Shown here piece after piece: positions 45,533 through 54,773 of a stretch of 64,000 bases of DNA. Source of the stretch: Escherichia coli (lineage in GTDB: Bacteria > Pseudomonadota > Gammaproteobacteria > Enterobacterales > Enterobacteriaceae); assembly GCF_050920415.1 (NCBI RefSeq), contig NZ_CP169309.1; one strand, given 5' to 3'. Both the position numbers and the translations under genes were made by a program. The notes beneath the pieces are model-generated. The model was not told where the DNA came from and made no database searches. It saw only the letters and a list, made by a program, of their open reading frames with translations. Each line of letters begins with the position of its first letter. Positions within the stretch are counted from its first letter, which is position 1.

Positions 45533-46353
45533 AATCCCCCCCTGAATCCTGCCGGGATCTGGCTGTAGTCCACGTTGTCGTAACTGGCTTTGAAGTACGG
45601 GTCCTCGCGTCTGGCTGCAGATACCGCAGGAACTTCCCAGGATTCTTCGAAATGACGATCCGGACCAAAGAACGTGACAGCCTGTTTCACAAATTGTGTG
45701 CCGCTGTTACCCATCGCAGATACCCAGCCCGCGTAGCGTTTCACACCTTCCAGCATGGTTTCGGGGTTTACTCCCTCATTCAAACGGGCTTTCCAGGCTT
45801 TGAAGGCTGCAGATTTTGAATTGCCACCAGCACGTTTGGGATATGCCAGCCATGCCTGCTCAAACTCCGGAGAGTATTCCGGTCGGTTTGAACGAACTCG
45901 CACGGACTCATCAACTGATGCACCAACAGCTATTGGTTCATTGACTGGTTCTTTGACTGGTTCAAAAGAGTGACTGGTTCTGGGTGAATCTCCTGCACTA
46001 CCCCCTGGTGCAACTCCTGCACTACCTGGTGAATTTGCTGCACCAGATAGTGAATTATTTGCACTACCCCCTAGTGAATCTCCTGCACCATCCAGATGAA
46101 GGAGATAGATATTACTTGAGTTACCTTTTTCACCTTTCCGGGTGACTTTTTTTACCAGCCCGGACTCACAAAGGGCCGCAATATGATTCATCACAGAACG
46201 TTTGCTAATCTCGCACTGGTCAGCAATATGCTGGTAGCTGGGCCAGCACTCACCCTGATCGCTGGCATTATCAGCCAGCTTGATCAGAACCAGTTTTCGC
46301 AATGGATTACCCACTCGAATTTTCATCGCTTTAACCATCAGCTCCATACTCAT
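45529..46353 (-). CDS. Putative replication initiation protein (O-like), containing the iteron-type repeats
   Basis: N-terminal HTH (LADNASDQGECWPSYQHIADQCEISKRSVMNHIAALCESGLV), central low-complexity region encoded by DNA repeats; position downstream of cro/cII. Confidence 0.55.
   Translation of the reverse strand: MSMELMVKAMKIRVGNPLRKLVLIKLADNASDQGECWPSYQHIADQCEISKRSVMNHIAALCESGLVKKVTRKGEKGNSSNIYLLHLDGAGDSLGGSANNSLSGAANSPGSAGVAPGGSAGDSPRTSHSFEPVKEPVNEPIAVGASVDESVRVRSNRPEYSPEFEQAWLAYPKRAGGNSKSAAFKAWKARLNEGVNPETMLEGVKRYAGWVSAMGNSGTQFVKQAVTFFGPDRHFEESWEVPAVSAARREDPYFKASYDNVDYSQIPAGFRGGL
45986..46090. repeat. Candidate origin iterons, four ~20-25 bp imperfect direct repeats
   Basis: TCCTGCACTACCCCCTGGTG / TCCTGCACTACCTGGTG / TGCTGCACCAGATAGTG / TTGCACTACCCCCTAGTG inside the initiator gene, as in lambda O. 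Confidence 0.55.
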
Positions 46354-46574
46354 GCTGCACCTCCGAGATGCTTCATGTTTTTTCCGGAGCGAAAGGCTAT
46401 AAGCGGCATACTGACGCGGTAATTACGGCCCAGCGGTTCACAAATCACCTTCTGACATTCACGGTCAACCAGGCTAACACGTAGAACATGCCCTGCAGGC
46501 GTGGTGTACCACTGACCCGGTCGAGGACAACGGAAAGTCTGATTGGTAAACCGTTTGAAAATATTCCGGATCAT
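46350..46574 (-). CDS. Hypothetical protein (74 aa)
   Basis: ORF only. Confidence 0.3.
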   Translation of the reverse strand: MIRNIFKRFTNQTFRCPRPGQWYTTPAGHVLRVSLVDRECQKVICEPLGRNYRVSMPLIAFRSGKNMKHLGGAA

Positions 46575-47722
46575 TTGCGCCCCCTTACCTCGGAAGAGTT
46601 CAGCGACGAATGAATAAGACGGGCAAGAAATGCCGCATCGTTAATTCGGTCATACAGACTTACAGCCAGCGGTGATTCAGCTTTTTCCAGCATGGGATAA
46701 AGCTGCTGCAACCAGACCTGATGAATTGATGAAATGTAGGAATAGAGTACGCTGGCGTTATGTGCAACGTCGCTCGGTACAGCGGGCTTTGAAAGCTGTT
46801 TCTCCATCTGGTTAAAGGCATTGATGTATGCCTCTTTGAACTGGGCAGCACGTTTACCCGTGAAACCCATAGCAAGAAACGCAAAACCGTCGCGGGTTAT
46901 TTGATAGCAAGGTAGTTTGCGGCCTGTGCAATCGGTGTAATCACTCACCGAAAAATTGCGGGCAGTGAATGATGCGGAGCATTCAAGCGTGCGGATCTTT
47001 TTCAGTACATCGTCATGACGTTTGGAGAAGAAGTTGGCAACAGCCAGGGATGAAGTAACAGCCTGACCATCAACGATGGCAATTTCAGGTTGAGTGAGGG
47101 TTGGGATCGTAGCCATGATGGCAGCCTCTTTGGTGATTTTTAATAACTCACCACCAAGGCTTTCCACGACCTTATTGGTGGTGAGACGTACAGGGGTGGA
47201 AATACCGGTCACCAAAGAACCCGGCCCAACCGAAGTTGGCCCTGCACGCCCCACCATAATTTGGGCGTAATGCTGCTCATGACACAAAAAAACCGCAAGA
47301 GCGCGGTTGTGCGCTTTGGTGAATTCCGGGTTTCCACGCCCGGCACCCGCTTTATAAGGTGCCTGAACAGTGTAACGTCCCGGAATGGCAGAATCAATGT
47401 GCTGGTGGTCCTTCACACTCAACAAAATCACGCCTGAATTTCCACAAAGGGCTAAAGCACTCATGCGGGTAGTCTTTGCGAAGATAGATAACGCGCTGTG
47501 TTTCTGGCTCCCAACGAATAACATGAACATAAAGTCCTCTTCCGTCACGAAACCAGCGGTTAAGTTCCTGCACAACTCGCCCCCCACAGTCAGGTAAAGT
47601 TCTCTGTGGTTACTTACAGCCAGGAGATTTGGTAATCTGCATTCATGCCGTAACAACAGGTGTTCAGCGACGCTGACCACCAGCTGTTGCGACAAATGGT
47701 TATTTGCCGTTAAACTGTTCAT
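46571..47722 (-). CDS. Rha-family phage regulatory protein with an uninterrupted ~200 aa upstream in-frame extension
   Basis: Rha-like domain starts at MATIPTLTQPEIAIVDGQAVTSSLAVANFF (about 47116); the 5' 202 codons have no stop and no recognised family. Confidence 0.5.
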   Translation of the reverse strand: MNSLTANNHLSQQLVVSVAEHLLLRHECRLPNLLAVSNHRELYLTVGGELCRNLTAGFVTEEDFMFMLFVGSQKHSALSIFAKTTRMSALALCGNSGVILLSVKDHQHIDSAIPGRYTVQAPYKAGAGRGNPEFTKAHNRALAVFLCHEQHYAQIMVGRAGPTSVGPGSLVTGISTPVRLTTNKVVESLGGELLKITKEAAIMATIPTLTQPEIAIVDGQAVTSSLAVANFFSKRHDDVLKKIRTLECSASFTARNFSVSDYTDCTGRKLPCYQITRDGFAFLAMGFTGKRAAQFKEAYINAFNQMEKQLSKPAVPSDVAHNASVLYSYISSIHQVWLQQLYPMLEKAESPLAVSLYDRINDAAFLARLIHSSLNSSEVRGRK

Positions 47723-48282
47723 GCGTTAGTTTCTCCACAGACACAAAACGCCACGACGCCCGGAGCTGCACACTCGCGGGCGTCACTCTTTTCTGGAGCG
47801 CAAAAGATTTTGTAGACCAGTGCTGCATGCTCCTGGAGCTTCGAAATTGACAGATACAACTCATCATTAATTGCTGTCTGCTCGTGTGGCTCCACTACCC
47901 CATCTTCGATTGCCGAACGAATCTGCTTTGAGTAACTCCCGATCTGTTCGATGACTTCCAGCAGGCGCTGGTTTATATCGGCGTTCTCTACTTCCTCAAT
48001 TTCAGGAAGCGATACAAACACCCCACCAGCAGACTGTGCGACAGCATCCGCAATGTAGTGAGTGCCAGCCGCGCGCTGTAAAATCATTGCCCATCCCAGC
48101 GGGAAAATCTGATCGCCATCTGCACGAAGGCGGTTGAATAAAGCGTTCTCTGTTACATCCAGCCACTCAGCAGCTTCAGCGTAACCCCCCGGCAACGCCG
48201 CGATAGTTTTTCTGACAGCTTTCACGTACCACTCAGGCTGTTTTTCTACTTTCCAGTGATGCTTACCCACGGTTAGCCTCAT
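47719..48282 (-). CDS. Putative CII-like early regulatory protein
   Basis: 187 aa immediately downstream of cro; assignment by position and weak recollection of the family. Confidence 0.35.
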   Translation of the reverse strand: MRLTVGKHHWKVEKQPEWYVKAVRKTIAALPGGYAEAAEWLDVTENALFNRLRADGDQIFPLGWAMILQRAAGTHYIADAVAQSAGGVFVSLPEIEEVENADINQRLLEVIEQIGSYSKQIRSAIEDGVVEPHEQTAINDELYLSISKLQEHAALVYKIFCAPEKSDARECAAPGVVAFCVCGETNA

Positions 48283-48313
48283 CGTTCTGTGGTTAAAAAT
48301 TAAAGGTGTTCTG

Positions 48314-48514
48314 TTAATCTTTCGGATAGATATCCGGTCTTAAGTCAGATTTCGTAATTGCACCTGACGTGCATTGCTCAAGTTTTTTAGCCAGCACAAA
48401 ACTGGCTTTTTTATAACCATTGAAAACCAGCCGTAAGTAGCCTGGTGTTGAGCCAACTTTTCCGGCCAACTCGCCCTGCTGTTCTTTGGTTAAAGAGTCC
48501 CAATACGCTTTCAT
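48314..48514 (-). CDS. cro: Cro-like repressor (66 aa)
   Basis: MKAYWDSLTKEQQGELAGKVGSTPGYLRLVFNGYKKASFVLAKKLEQCTSGAITKSDLRPDIY; divergent from cI. Confidence 0.7.
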   Translation of the reverse strand: MKAYWDSLTKEQQGELAGKVGSTPGYLRLVFNGYKKASFVLAKKLEQCTSGAITKSDLRPDIYPKD

Positions 48515-48604
48515 ACAATATGTACCTCTTATATACATATTACATGATTGAAATGAACCTTCAAGATACTTGTACCCTATCGGTACAAAGGTTTTAATTT
48601 CGTT
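48515..48604. promoter_or_regulatory. Immunity-region operator/promoter interval (OR, pR/pRM)
   Basis: Divergent cI/cro spacer containing the palindrome TTGTACCCTATCGGTACAA (48570-48588). Confidence 0.6.
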
Positions 48605-49279
48605 ATGAAAACAGTCCATGACATCCGGCGGTCTAACGCCAGAAAACTGAGAGATGGTGTTGGCGGGAATTCTTCCTTTGCCACCATGATTGATCGCGAA
48701 CCAACCCAGACCAGCAGGTTTATGGGAGATGGTGCTACTAAAAATATCGGTGACAGCATGGCACGGCACATCGAAAAATGTTTCGACCTGCCTGTCGGAT
48801 GGCTTGATCAAGAACACCAGACAACGAACATCACAAAAAAACCTGATGTTTCAATCACTAATAAACAAATAACGTTAGTCCCTGTCATATCATGGGTACA
48901 GGCCGGAGCATGGAAAGAAGTTGGCTATTCTGAGGTTGATTTGAGCACAACAGAAACATATCCCTGCCCTGTACCCTGTGGCGAAATGACTTATATATTG
49001 AGGGTGATTGGTGATTCAATGATTGATGAGTACCGTCCGGGGGACATGATTTTTGTCGATCCAGAAGTACCAGCCTGCCACGGCGATGACGTTATTGCAT
49101 TGATGCACGATACAGGTGAAACCACCTTCAAAAGGTTGATAGAAGACGGGACACAGCGTTATCTCAAAGCATTAAACCCCAACTGGCCTGAGCCTTACAT
49201 TAAGATAAACGGTAATTGCTCTATCATTGGTACAGTTATTTTCTCAGGAAAACCAAGAAGATACAAAATTAAAGCCTGA
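48605..49279 (+). CDS. cI: CI-type repressor with N-terminal HTH and C-terminal S24 (LexA-like) autopeptidase domain
   Basis: 224 aa; C-terminal ...YILRVIGDSMIDEYRPGDMIFVDPEV...KRLIEDG... typical of S24 peptidases. Confidence 0.8.
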   Translation: MKTVHDIRRSNARKLRDGVGGNSSFATMIDREPTQTSRFMGDGATKNIGDSMARHIEKCFDLPVGWLDQEHQTTNITKKPDVSITNKQITLVPVISWVQAGAWKEVGYSEVDLSTTETYPCPVPCGEMTYILRVIGDSMIDEYRPGDMIFVDPEVPACHGDDVIALMHDTGETTFKRLIEDGTQRYLKALNPNWPEPYIKINGNCSIIGTVIFSGKPRRYKIKA

Positions 49280-49293
49280 TCAATGTCTATGAA

Positions 49294-49314
49294 CCTGCTT
49301 CGGCAGGTTTTTTT
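49294..49314 (+). terminator. Intrinsic terminator after cI
   Basis: CCTGCTTCGGCAGG followed by T7. Confidence 0.7.
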
Positions 49315-49474
49315 ATACTTGACAATGTACCATTAAGATACATAATGTACCTGCATAAGATATCGAACAGGCAGGACGCCCACGAAGTAGCCGTCCGGGG
49401 CATACGAAGACCGGAATGGTTCGTAAATAAAAAAGCGCCCAAGTGGACGCTTCACTTTTGAACTGGATTTATAA

Positions 49475-49717
49475 TCAATTATTTTCTTCATAAATGTTTT
49501 GTAATGTATTTATGAGATTTGGTATTTCTTTTATGGGAAAAGAATATATTGGACTTTCGATAATTTTATCAGATTCAAATGGTGGTTGTTTGCAGGACAG
49601 TTGAACTATAACTGAATTATGATCTTTAACTGGCACACAGTACCAACCACATACATCAAAAACAGGAGTATTTTGATTATCCATTATGTCCTCGACAACT
49701 AAAAACACTGCGTACAA
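49475..49717 (-). CDS. Small hypothetical protein in an AT-rich segment next to cI
   Basis: ORF MDNQNTPVFDVCGWYCVPVKDHNSVIVQLSCKQPPF...; convergent with cI. Confidence 0.35.
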   Translation of the reverse strand: MYAVFLVVEDIMDNQNTPVFDVCGWYCVPVKDHNSVIVQLSCKQPPFESDKIIESPIYSFPIKEIPNLINTLQNIYEENN

Positions 49718-50347
49718 ACCTCAAAAGCAGGGAGTTATTTATAAAATTTCATAAAGAATAATTACTGATAGCGACAATTCATTGTTCTTGAATTTTGAAA
49801 AATAGCAAGACAAAACAATGTAAACTTATTTAAGAAAAGTTCTTATTATGTAAACAAAACAACCAATTCGTTATATAGGAAAAACAAATAGTACGCAAGA
49901 AAATATTCAACAGGGGTATTACATTCAACCATAAGAGTAATCGTCTCTTTGGTAACTAATACCGAACATTTTATTGTAACACGTCGTATGGCACATGCGT
50001 CGTTAGCGGTCTGGGGACGTTAAAGGGGACAATCCACTCCTTGCTCGGGCAAACAAACCAGGTAGCCGGAATGTGCAAGTCAATGATGATGCTGATAAGA
50101 CGCCTAACCAGCGTGGCGATCCGGTTTGACGCCTGGGAAGAGACCAGGGTGCAACGATGAGGGCATTTATGGAGCCGCGACAAAGTGTGGTGCCATAACT
50201 GGCTAAGTGCTCTCAGCGTTGTGGTAATCCGCGAAATGGCGCGGCGGTAAGTATGGCGGGGTTACTCTTTCCCCGTTGAGGACACCGGATTGTCAGGTTG
50301 ACCATACGCCTGAGTGACAACCCCACCACAACAGCCACTGCTTTGGC

Positions 50348-50382
50348 GGTACCAGCTTGTACCCTTGCTTCCGGCTGGTACC
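50348..50382. promoter_or_regulatory. Candidate left operator (OL)
   Basis: GGTACCAGCTTGTACCC...GGTACC shares TTGTACC / GGTAC half-sites with the OR palindrome. Confidence 0.4.
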
Positions 50383-50391
50383 GTCCTTTTT

Positions 50392-50480
50392 ACAAAACAG
50401 AGAAGAGCATCACCGGACGACGGGCTCATAACCCAATCCATCCGGGCGGCTGCCACCGCAGGTGTTCTTCTCTGTTTTGT
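50392..50480 (+). other. Long perfect inverted repeat (15 bp arms, ~59 nt spacer) in the early-left leader
   Basis: ACAAAACAGAGAAGA at 50392-50406 pairs with TCTTCTCTGTTTTGT at 50466-50480; adjacent CACC/GGTG extends the stem. Confidence 0.5.
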
Positions 50481-50528
50481 GGAGAAACCAACCGGCCTTG
50501 CAGGGTCGATATGATGAGGAGCAGCAAA

Positions 50529-50891
50529 ATGGCTAGCGAACGCAGTACTGATGTGCAGGCATTTATCGGGGAGCTGGACGGCGGCGTATTTGAAACCAAA
50601 ATCGGCGCAGTTCTCAGTGAAGTCGCTTCCGGTGTGATGAACACGAAAACCAAAGGTAAGGTCTCACTCAACCTGGAAATCGAACCATTTGATGAGAACC
50701 GTGTGAAAATCAAACACAAACTCTCATATGTTCGCCCGACTAACCGCGGGAAAATTTCCGAAGAAGACACCACCGAAACGCCGATGTATGTCAATCGCGG
50801 TGGTCGCCTGACTATTCTGCAGGAAGACCAGGGACAATTACTGACTCTTGCCGGTGAACCTGACGGAAAACTCCGCGCAGCAGGTCATTAA
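50529..50891 (+). CDS. YfdP-like prophage protein (120 aa)
   Basis: MASERSTDVQAFIGELDGGVFETKIG...; AGGAG RBS; order matches CPS-53 yfdP-yfdQ-yfdR. Confidence 0.55.
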   Translation: MASERSTDVQAFIGELDGGVFETKIGAVLSEVASGVMNTKTKGKVSLNLEIEPFDENRVKIKHKLSYVRPTNRGKISEEDTTETPMYVNRGGRLTILQEDQGQLLTLAGEPDGKLRAAGH

Positions 50892-50956
50892 TATCGTTCT
50901 TAATTAACTGATTATTTATCTCATCACTGAATATCTTTATATAGTGAGGACTTATT

Positions 50957-51781
50957 ATGTCTCAGAACTTAGACGCAACCGCAATTAATCAAATCCATGC
51001 CCTTATTTCTGCTCAGGGTGTTAATGAAATTATCAGTAAGATTGGTGCCGATGCTGTGGCATTGCCTGAGAATTTCCGCATTCATGATCTGGAAAAATTT
51101 AATTTAAATCGCTTCCGTTTCCGTGGTGCGCTTTCCACTGCCAGCATCGATGACTTTACCCGTTATTCTAAAGATCTTGCAGATGAAGGCACCCGCTGCT
51201 TTATCGATGCTGATAATATGCGTGCCGTCAGTGTGCTTAACCTGGGTACTATTGATGAACCAGGTCACGCAGATAACACCGCCACTCTCAAACTGAAAAA
51301 GACAGCACCGTTCTCTGCCCTGTTGTATGTTAACGGCGAGCGTAACTCCCAGAAGTCACTGGCAGAATGGATTGAAGACTGGGCCGACTATCTTGTGGGC
51401 TTTGATGCTAATGGTGACACCATTCAGGCAACAAAAGCGGCTGCGGCGGTCCGTAAAATCACGATTGAAGCAAACCAGACCGCTGATTTTGAAGATAATG
51501 ACTTCAGCGGCAAACGCTCCCTGATGGAGTCTGTCGAAGCGAAGACCAAAGACATTATGCCAGTGGCATTTGAATTTAAATGCGTTCCGTTTGAAGGTCT
51601 GAAAGAACGTCCGTTTAAATTACGCCTCAGCATTATCACTGGCGATCGTCCTGTACTGGTTCTGCGCATTATTCAGCTGGAAGCGGTGCAGGAAGATATG
51701 GCTAACGAATTTCGTGATCTGCTTGTTGAGAAATTCAAGGACAGCAAAGTAGAAACCTTTATTGGTACTTTCACCGCCTGA
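50957..51781 (+). CDS. YfdQ-like (DUF2303) protein (274 aa)
   Basis: [26 protein letters not shown]...; length and order match CPS-53 YfdQ. Confidence 0.6.
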   Translation: MSQNLDATAINQIHALISAQGVNEIISKIGADAVALPENFRIHDLEKFNLNRFRFRGALSTASIDDFTRYSKDLADEGTRCFIDADNMRAVSVLNLGTIDEPGHADNTATLKLKKTAPFSALLYVNGERNSQKSLAEWIEDWADYLVGFDANGDTIQATKAAAAVRKITIEANQTADFEDNDFSGKRSLMESVEAKTKDIMPVAFEFKCVPFEGLKERPFKLRLSIITGDRPVLVLRIIQLEAVQEDMANEFRDLLVEKFKDSKVETFIGTFTA

Positions 51782-51908
51782 TTTCATTACTGCAAATGCC
51801 CCTGCGGGGGCATTTATGGAAACGTAATTTACTCAATAATCGCCGGATGGTGAGGGATTCTTTTTACCAGAATTCAGCGCGGTGCAGCGCATATACGTGG
51901 AGAACAAA

Positions 51909-52445
51909 ATGTCATTTATCAAAACTTTTTCTGGGAAGCATTTTTATTATGACAGGATAAATAAAGACGACATCGATATTAACGATATCGCGGTTTCCCT
52001 TTCAAATATCTGTCGCTTTGCCGGTCATCTTTCGCACTTCTACAGCGTCGCCCAACATGCGGTTCTTTGCAGCCAGCTGGTGCCGCAGGAATTTGCTTTT
52101 GAAGCGTTAATGCATGATGCAACAGAAGCGTATTGCCAGGACATTCCCGCACCACTGAAACGCCTTCTTCCTGACTATAAACGGATGGAAGAAAAAATAG
52201 ACGCCGTAATCCGTGAGAAATACGGGTTACCCCCGGTTATGAGTACACCCGTGAAATATGCCGATCTCATCATGCTGGCAACCGAACGCCGCGATCTCGG
52301 GCTTGATGATGGCTCTTTCTGGCCTGTACTGGAAGGCATCCCGGCAACAGAGATGTTCAACGTGATTCCACTGGCACCGGGCCATGCCTACGGGATGTTT
52401 ATGGAACGTTTTAACGATTTATCGGAGTTACGCAAATGCGCATGA
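51909..52445 (+). CDS. YfdR-like HD-domain phosphohydrolase
   Basis: MSFIKTFSGKHFYYD... with HD motif (HSVAQHAVLCSQL...HDATEAY). Confidence 0.65.
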   Translation: MSFIKTFSGKHFYYDRINKDDIDINDIAVSLSNICRFAGHLSHFYSVAQHAVLCSQLVPQEFAFEALMHDATEAYCQDIPAPLKRLLPDYKRMEEKIDAVIREKYGLPPVMSTPVKYADLIMLATERRDLGLDDGSFWPVLEGIPATEMFNVIPLAPGHAYGMFMERFNDLSELRKCA

Positions 52446-52798
52446 ATGTTTTCGAAATGGAAGGGTTTCTTCGCGGGAAATGTGTACCGCGAGATCTGAA
52501 AGTGAACGAAACAAATGCTGAGTACCTGGTACGTAAATTCGACGCGCTTGAAGCTAAATGTGCGGCACTGGAAAACAAAATAATACCAGTGTCAACTGAA
52601 CTGCCACCAGCAAATGAAAGTGTTCTGTTATTTGATGCTAATGGAGAAGGCTGGCTGATTGGCTGGCGTTCTCTCTGGTACACCTAGGGACAAAAAGAAA
52701 CCGGAGAATGGCAGTGGACATTTCAGGTCGGGGACCTTGAAAACGTCAATATCACTCACTGGGCAGTAGTGCCAAAAGCACCGGAGGCTGGAGCATAA
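52436..52798 (+). pseudogene. DUF551-like gene interrupted by an in-frame amber codon at 52685-52687
   Basis: ORF 52436..52687 ends at TAG; the same frame continues GQKETGEWQWTFQVGDLENVNITHWAVVPKAPEAGA to a TAA overlapping the next ATG. Confidence 0.45.
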
Positions 52799-53577
52799 TG
52801 ACCACATTTACCAATAAAGAACTGATTAAAGAAATCAAAGAACGAATCAGCAGCCTAGAGGTTCGAGACGATATTGAGCGCCGTGCTTATGAAATTGCTC
52901 TGGCATCGCTAGAAGAGGAGCCGGTGGCGTGGCTGCATTCAGAAAATGGCTTAGGTATTCCGGCAATAACGAGGAGTAAAAACATTGCTGACAGTTGGTT
53001 ATCAAAGGGCTGGTATGTTCAGCCGCTATATATAGCCAAGCCAGTGCCGGTAGTGCCAGATGCTCGTCCGTCTTTAAATAATGGCATAGTCGGTTTTGAT
53101 GAAGGCTGGAACGCCTGCCGCGCCGCCATGCTTCATGGTGCCGAACCTGTAAACCAAACTTACAAGTCACCACACACGCAGTTTGAACAAGTTGCTGACC
53201 TCTACGAAATGCAATTTGATGACGGTCGCACTTGTGCCTTTCACACTGATGCGCAAAAGGCTGCGCAATGGCTTCAGGTGTGCGACGGAAACAGGGTTCA
53301 GGAATACGTTAAGCTGGAACGGCTGCAGAACGCGCTGTCTGGCAACTCTCCGGTAAGTCCAGGTGGTTGGATAAGCTGTAGTGAGCGAATGCCGAATGAT
53401 AAACAGTATGTTTGGTGTTGGGGGAAGTCTTACGGCTGGACTGAGTGCGATACCTTCGAAGGGTATTACGATTGGTCGAGAAACAAATGGTGGGCAGTTA
53501 CTGACAATGAGGAAGAACAGGCATCGAAAGTAACCCACTGGATGCCACTACCGGAGCCGCCGCAGGAGGTGAAGTAA
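52798..53577 (+). CDS. DUF551 domain protein
   Basis: C-terminal ...QYVWCWGKSYGWTECDTFEGYYDWSRNKWWAVTDNEEEQASKVTHWMPLPEPP. Confidence 0.55.
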   Translation: MTTFTNKELIKEIKERISSLEVRDDIERRAYEIALASLEEEPVAWLHSENGLGIPAITRSKNIADSWLSKGWYVQPLYIAKPVPVVPDARPSLNNGIVGFDEGWNACRAAMLHGAEPVNQTYKSPHTQFEQVADLYEMQFDDGRTCAFHTDAQKAAQWLQVCDGNRVQEYVKLERLQNALSGNSPVSPGGWISCSERMPNDKQYVWCWGKSYGWTECDTFEGYYDWSRNKWWAVTDNEEEQASKVTHWMPLPEPPQEVK

Positions 53578-53771
53578 TGAACAACTTAATGACAACTAAA
53601 CAAGTCGCCGATTTCTGTGGTGTTTCAGTATCGACAGTTCTTCGCTGGAACAGCGTAAACAGGAGAACTGGTCAGAAATACAGGCCTGACTTTCCAGATC
53701 CTGATATTAAATCCTGCCCAAATAAATGGGCATCACACAAGATTTACAGATTTGCGGGAGTGATTGAGTAA
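53577..53771 (+). CDS. xis: Excisionase / AlpA-family HTH protein
   Basis: MNNLMTTKQVADFCGVSVSTVLRWN...; last gene of the early-left operon, near int. Confidence 0.7.
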   Translation: MNNLMTTKQVADFCGVSVSTVLRWNSVNRRTGQKYRPDFPDPDIKSCPNKWASHKIYRFAGVIE

Positions 53772-54053
53772 TATGTATTAGCTTAGATGTGAGCTGACAC
53801 ATCTATGCTTAGATGCCAAACCTAATCTGAGCGTCCACTCTTTACCAAGAGCGGACGTTACCAATGACCATATGACATGAATCGATAAGATCAAAACATT
53901 ATCGCCAAGAAATGTCATACCATTGATACAAATAAAATTGATTACCCCCTTACTCTTGTTGAAAAGTTAGTCGTAGAGTACCTATCGCAATGTAATCAGC
54001 TTTAATCATCTGAAAATTACTCCTTAAAAATTAGCTTTTATATACTGAACAAA

Positions 54054-54773
54054 TTAAATCTCTGTTTCTTTTCCTGCTCGGCTCAACCAATACTCCATTG
54101 TTTGAGTATGAATCTTTTCAGCGTATATTTTATCAATTAATTTATCTTGTTTTTCTTTAATGACTTCACGCAGTGAATCATATAACATAAAAAAACGTTC
54201 ATCATCTTCCTCATTATTACCGTAATTTATTTGATTGAGCTCTGAAAAAATATGATAGTACCTTTTTTTCTTGGTCCCCGGCAATATTAAAACCAAGCCA
54301 CATTGATCATATTCGAATTCACCTTTATGGGCAGCAAAGTTATGTCTAACATTCATAATAGAATCATGTAAATCTCTATATTTTTCTGGCACATGCTTTC
54401 TCTGCAATGTGAATCGACGCCCTTTCGCCTCTGTAAAACACTTACCGTAAGTAACAACTTTTGATATAAACAAAGACTTTAATATTAGATTCTTTTCTAA
54501 ATCCGGATAAATAAAGTGTTGTTCTTTATTAATGTTATTACAAATATTTTTTATTATATTCTCCCAACCAATAACATTCCGAAGATCTTTATCAAGCAAC
54601 TGTAAGGCCACATATTGTTCTACAAAGCGGCCTTTTAAAGGTATTCGTGGTAATATTACACCTTTCTGCTTATAAATTCTTTCTATCGTATTATCTGGAT
54701 ATTGGATCTTCCTTATTTCTATTCCGTCTTCTTCTGATACCCTTACTAATGGTTCATTTTTTAACTTTGACAT
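54054..54773 (-). CDS. Hypothetical protein (239 aa), strongly AT-rich, between int and xis
   Basis: Clean ORF co-directional with int; no family recognised; contains RHNFAAH (an R-x5-H pattern). Confidence 0.5.
   Translation of the reverse strand: MSKLKNEPLVRVSEEDGIEIRKIQYPDNTIERIYKQKGVILPRIPLKGRFVEQYVALQLLDKDLRNVIGWENIIKNICNNINKEQHFIYPDLEKNLILKSLFISKVVTYGKCFTEAKGRRFTLQRKHVPEKYRDLHDSIMNVRHNFAAHKGEFEYDQCGLVLILPGTKKKRYYHIFSELNQINYGNNEEDDERFFMLYDSLREVIKEKQDKLIDKIYAEKIHTQTMEYWLSRAGKETEI

Noticed and set aside
49950-50520. Retron (msr/msd with reverse transcriptase)
   Set aside because: Inverted repeats and an ORF-free GC-rich stretch suggested it, but no reverse-transcriptase-sized ORF is nearby.
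49280-50528. rexA/rexB-like exclusion genes or an N antiterminator gene
   Set aside because: No ORF of appropriate size or sequence in the cI-co-directional frames; only a small convergent ORF and non-coding DNA.
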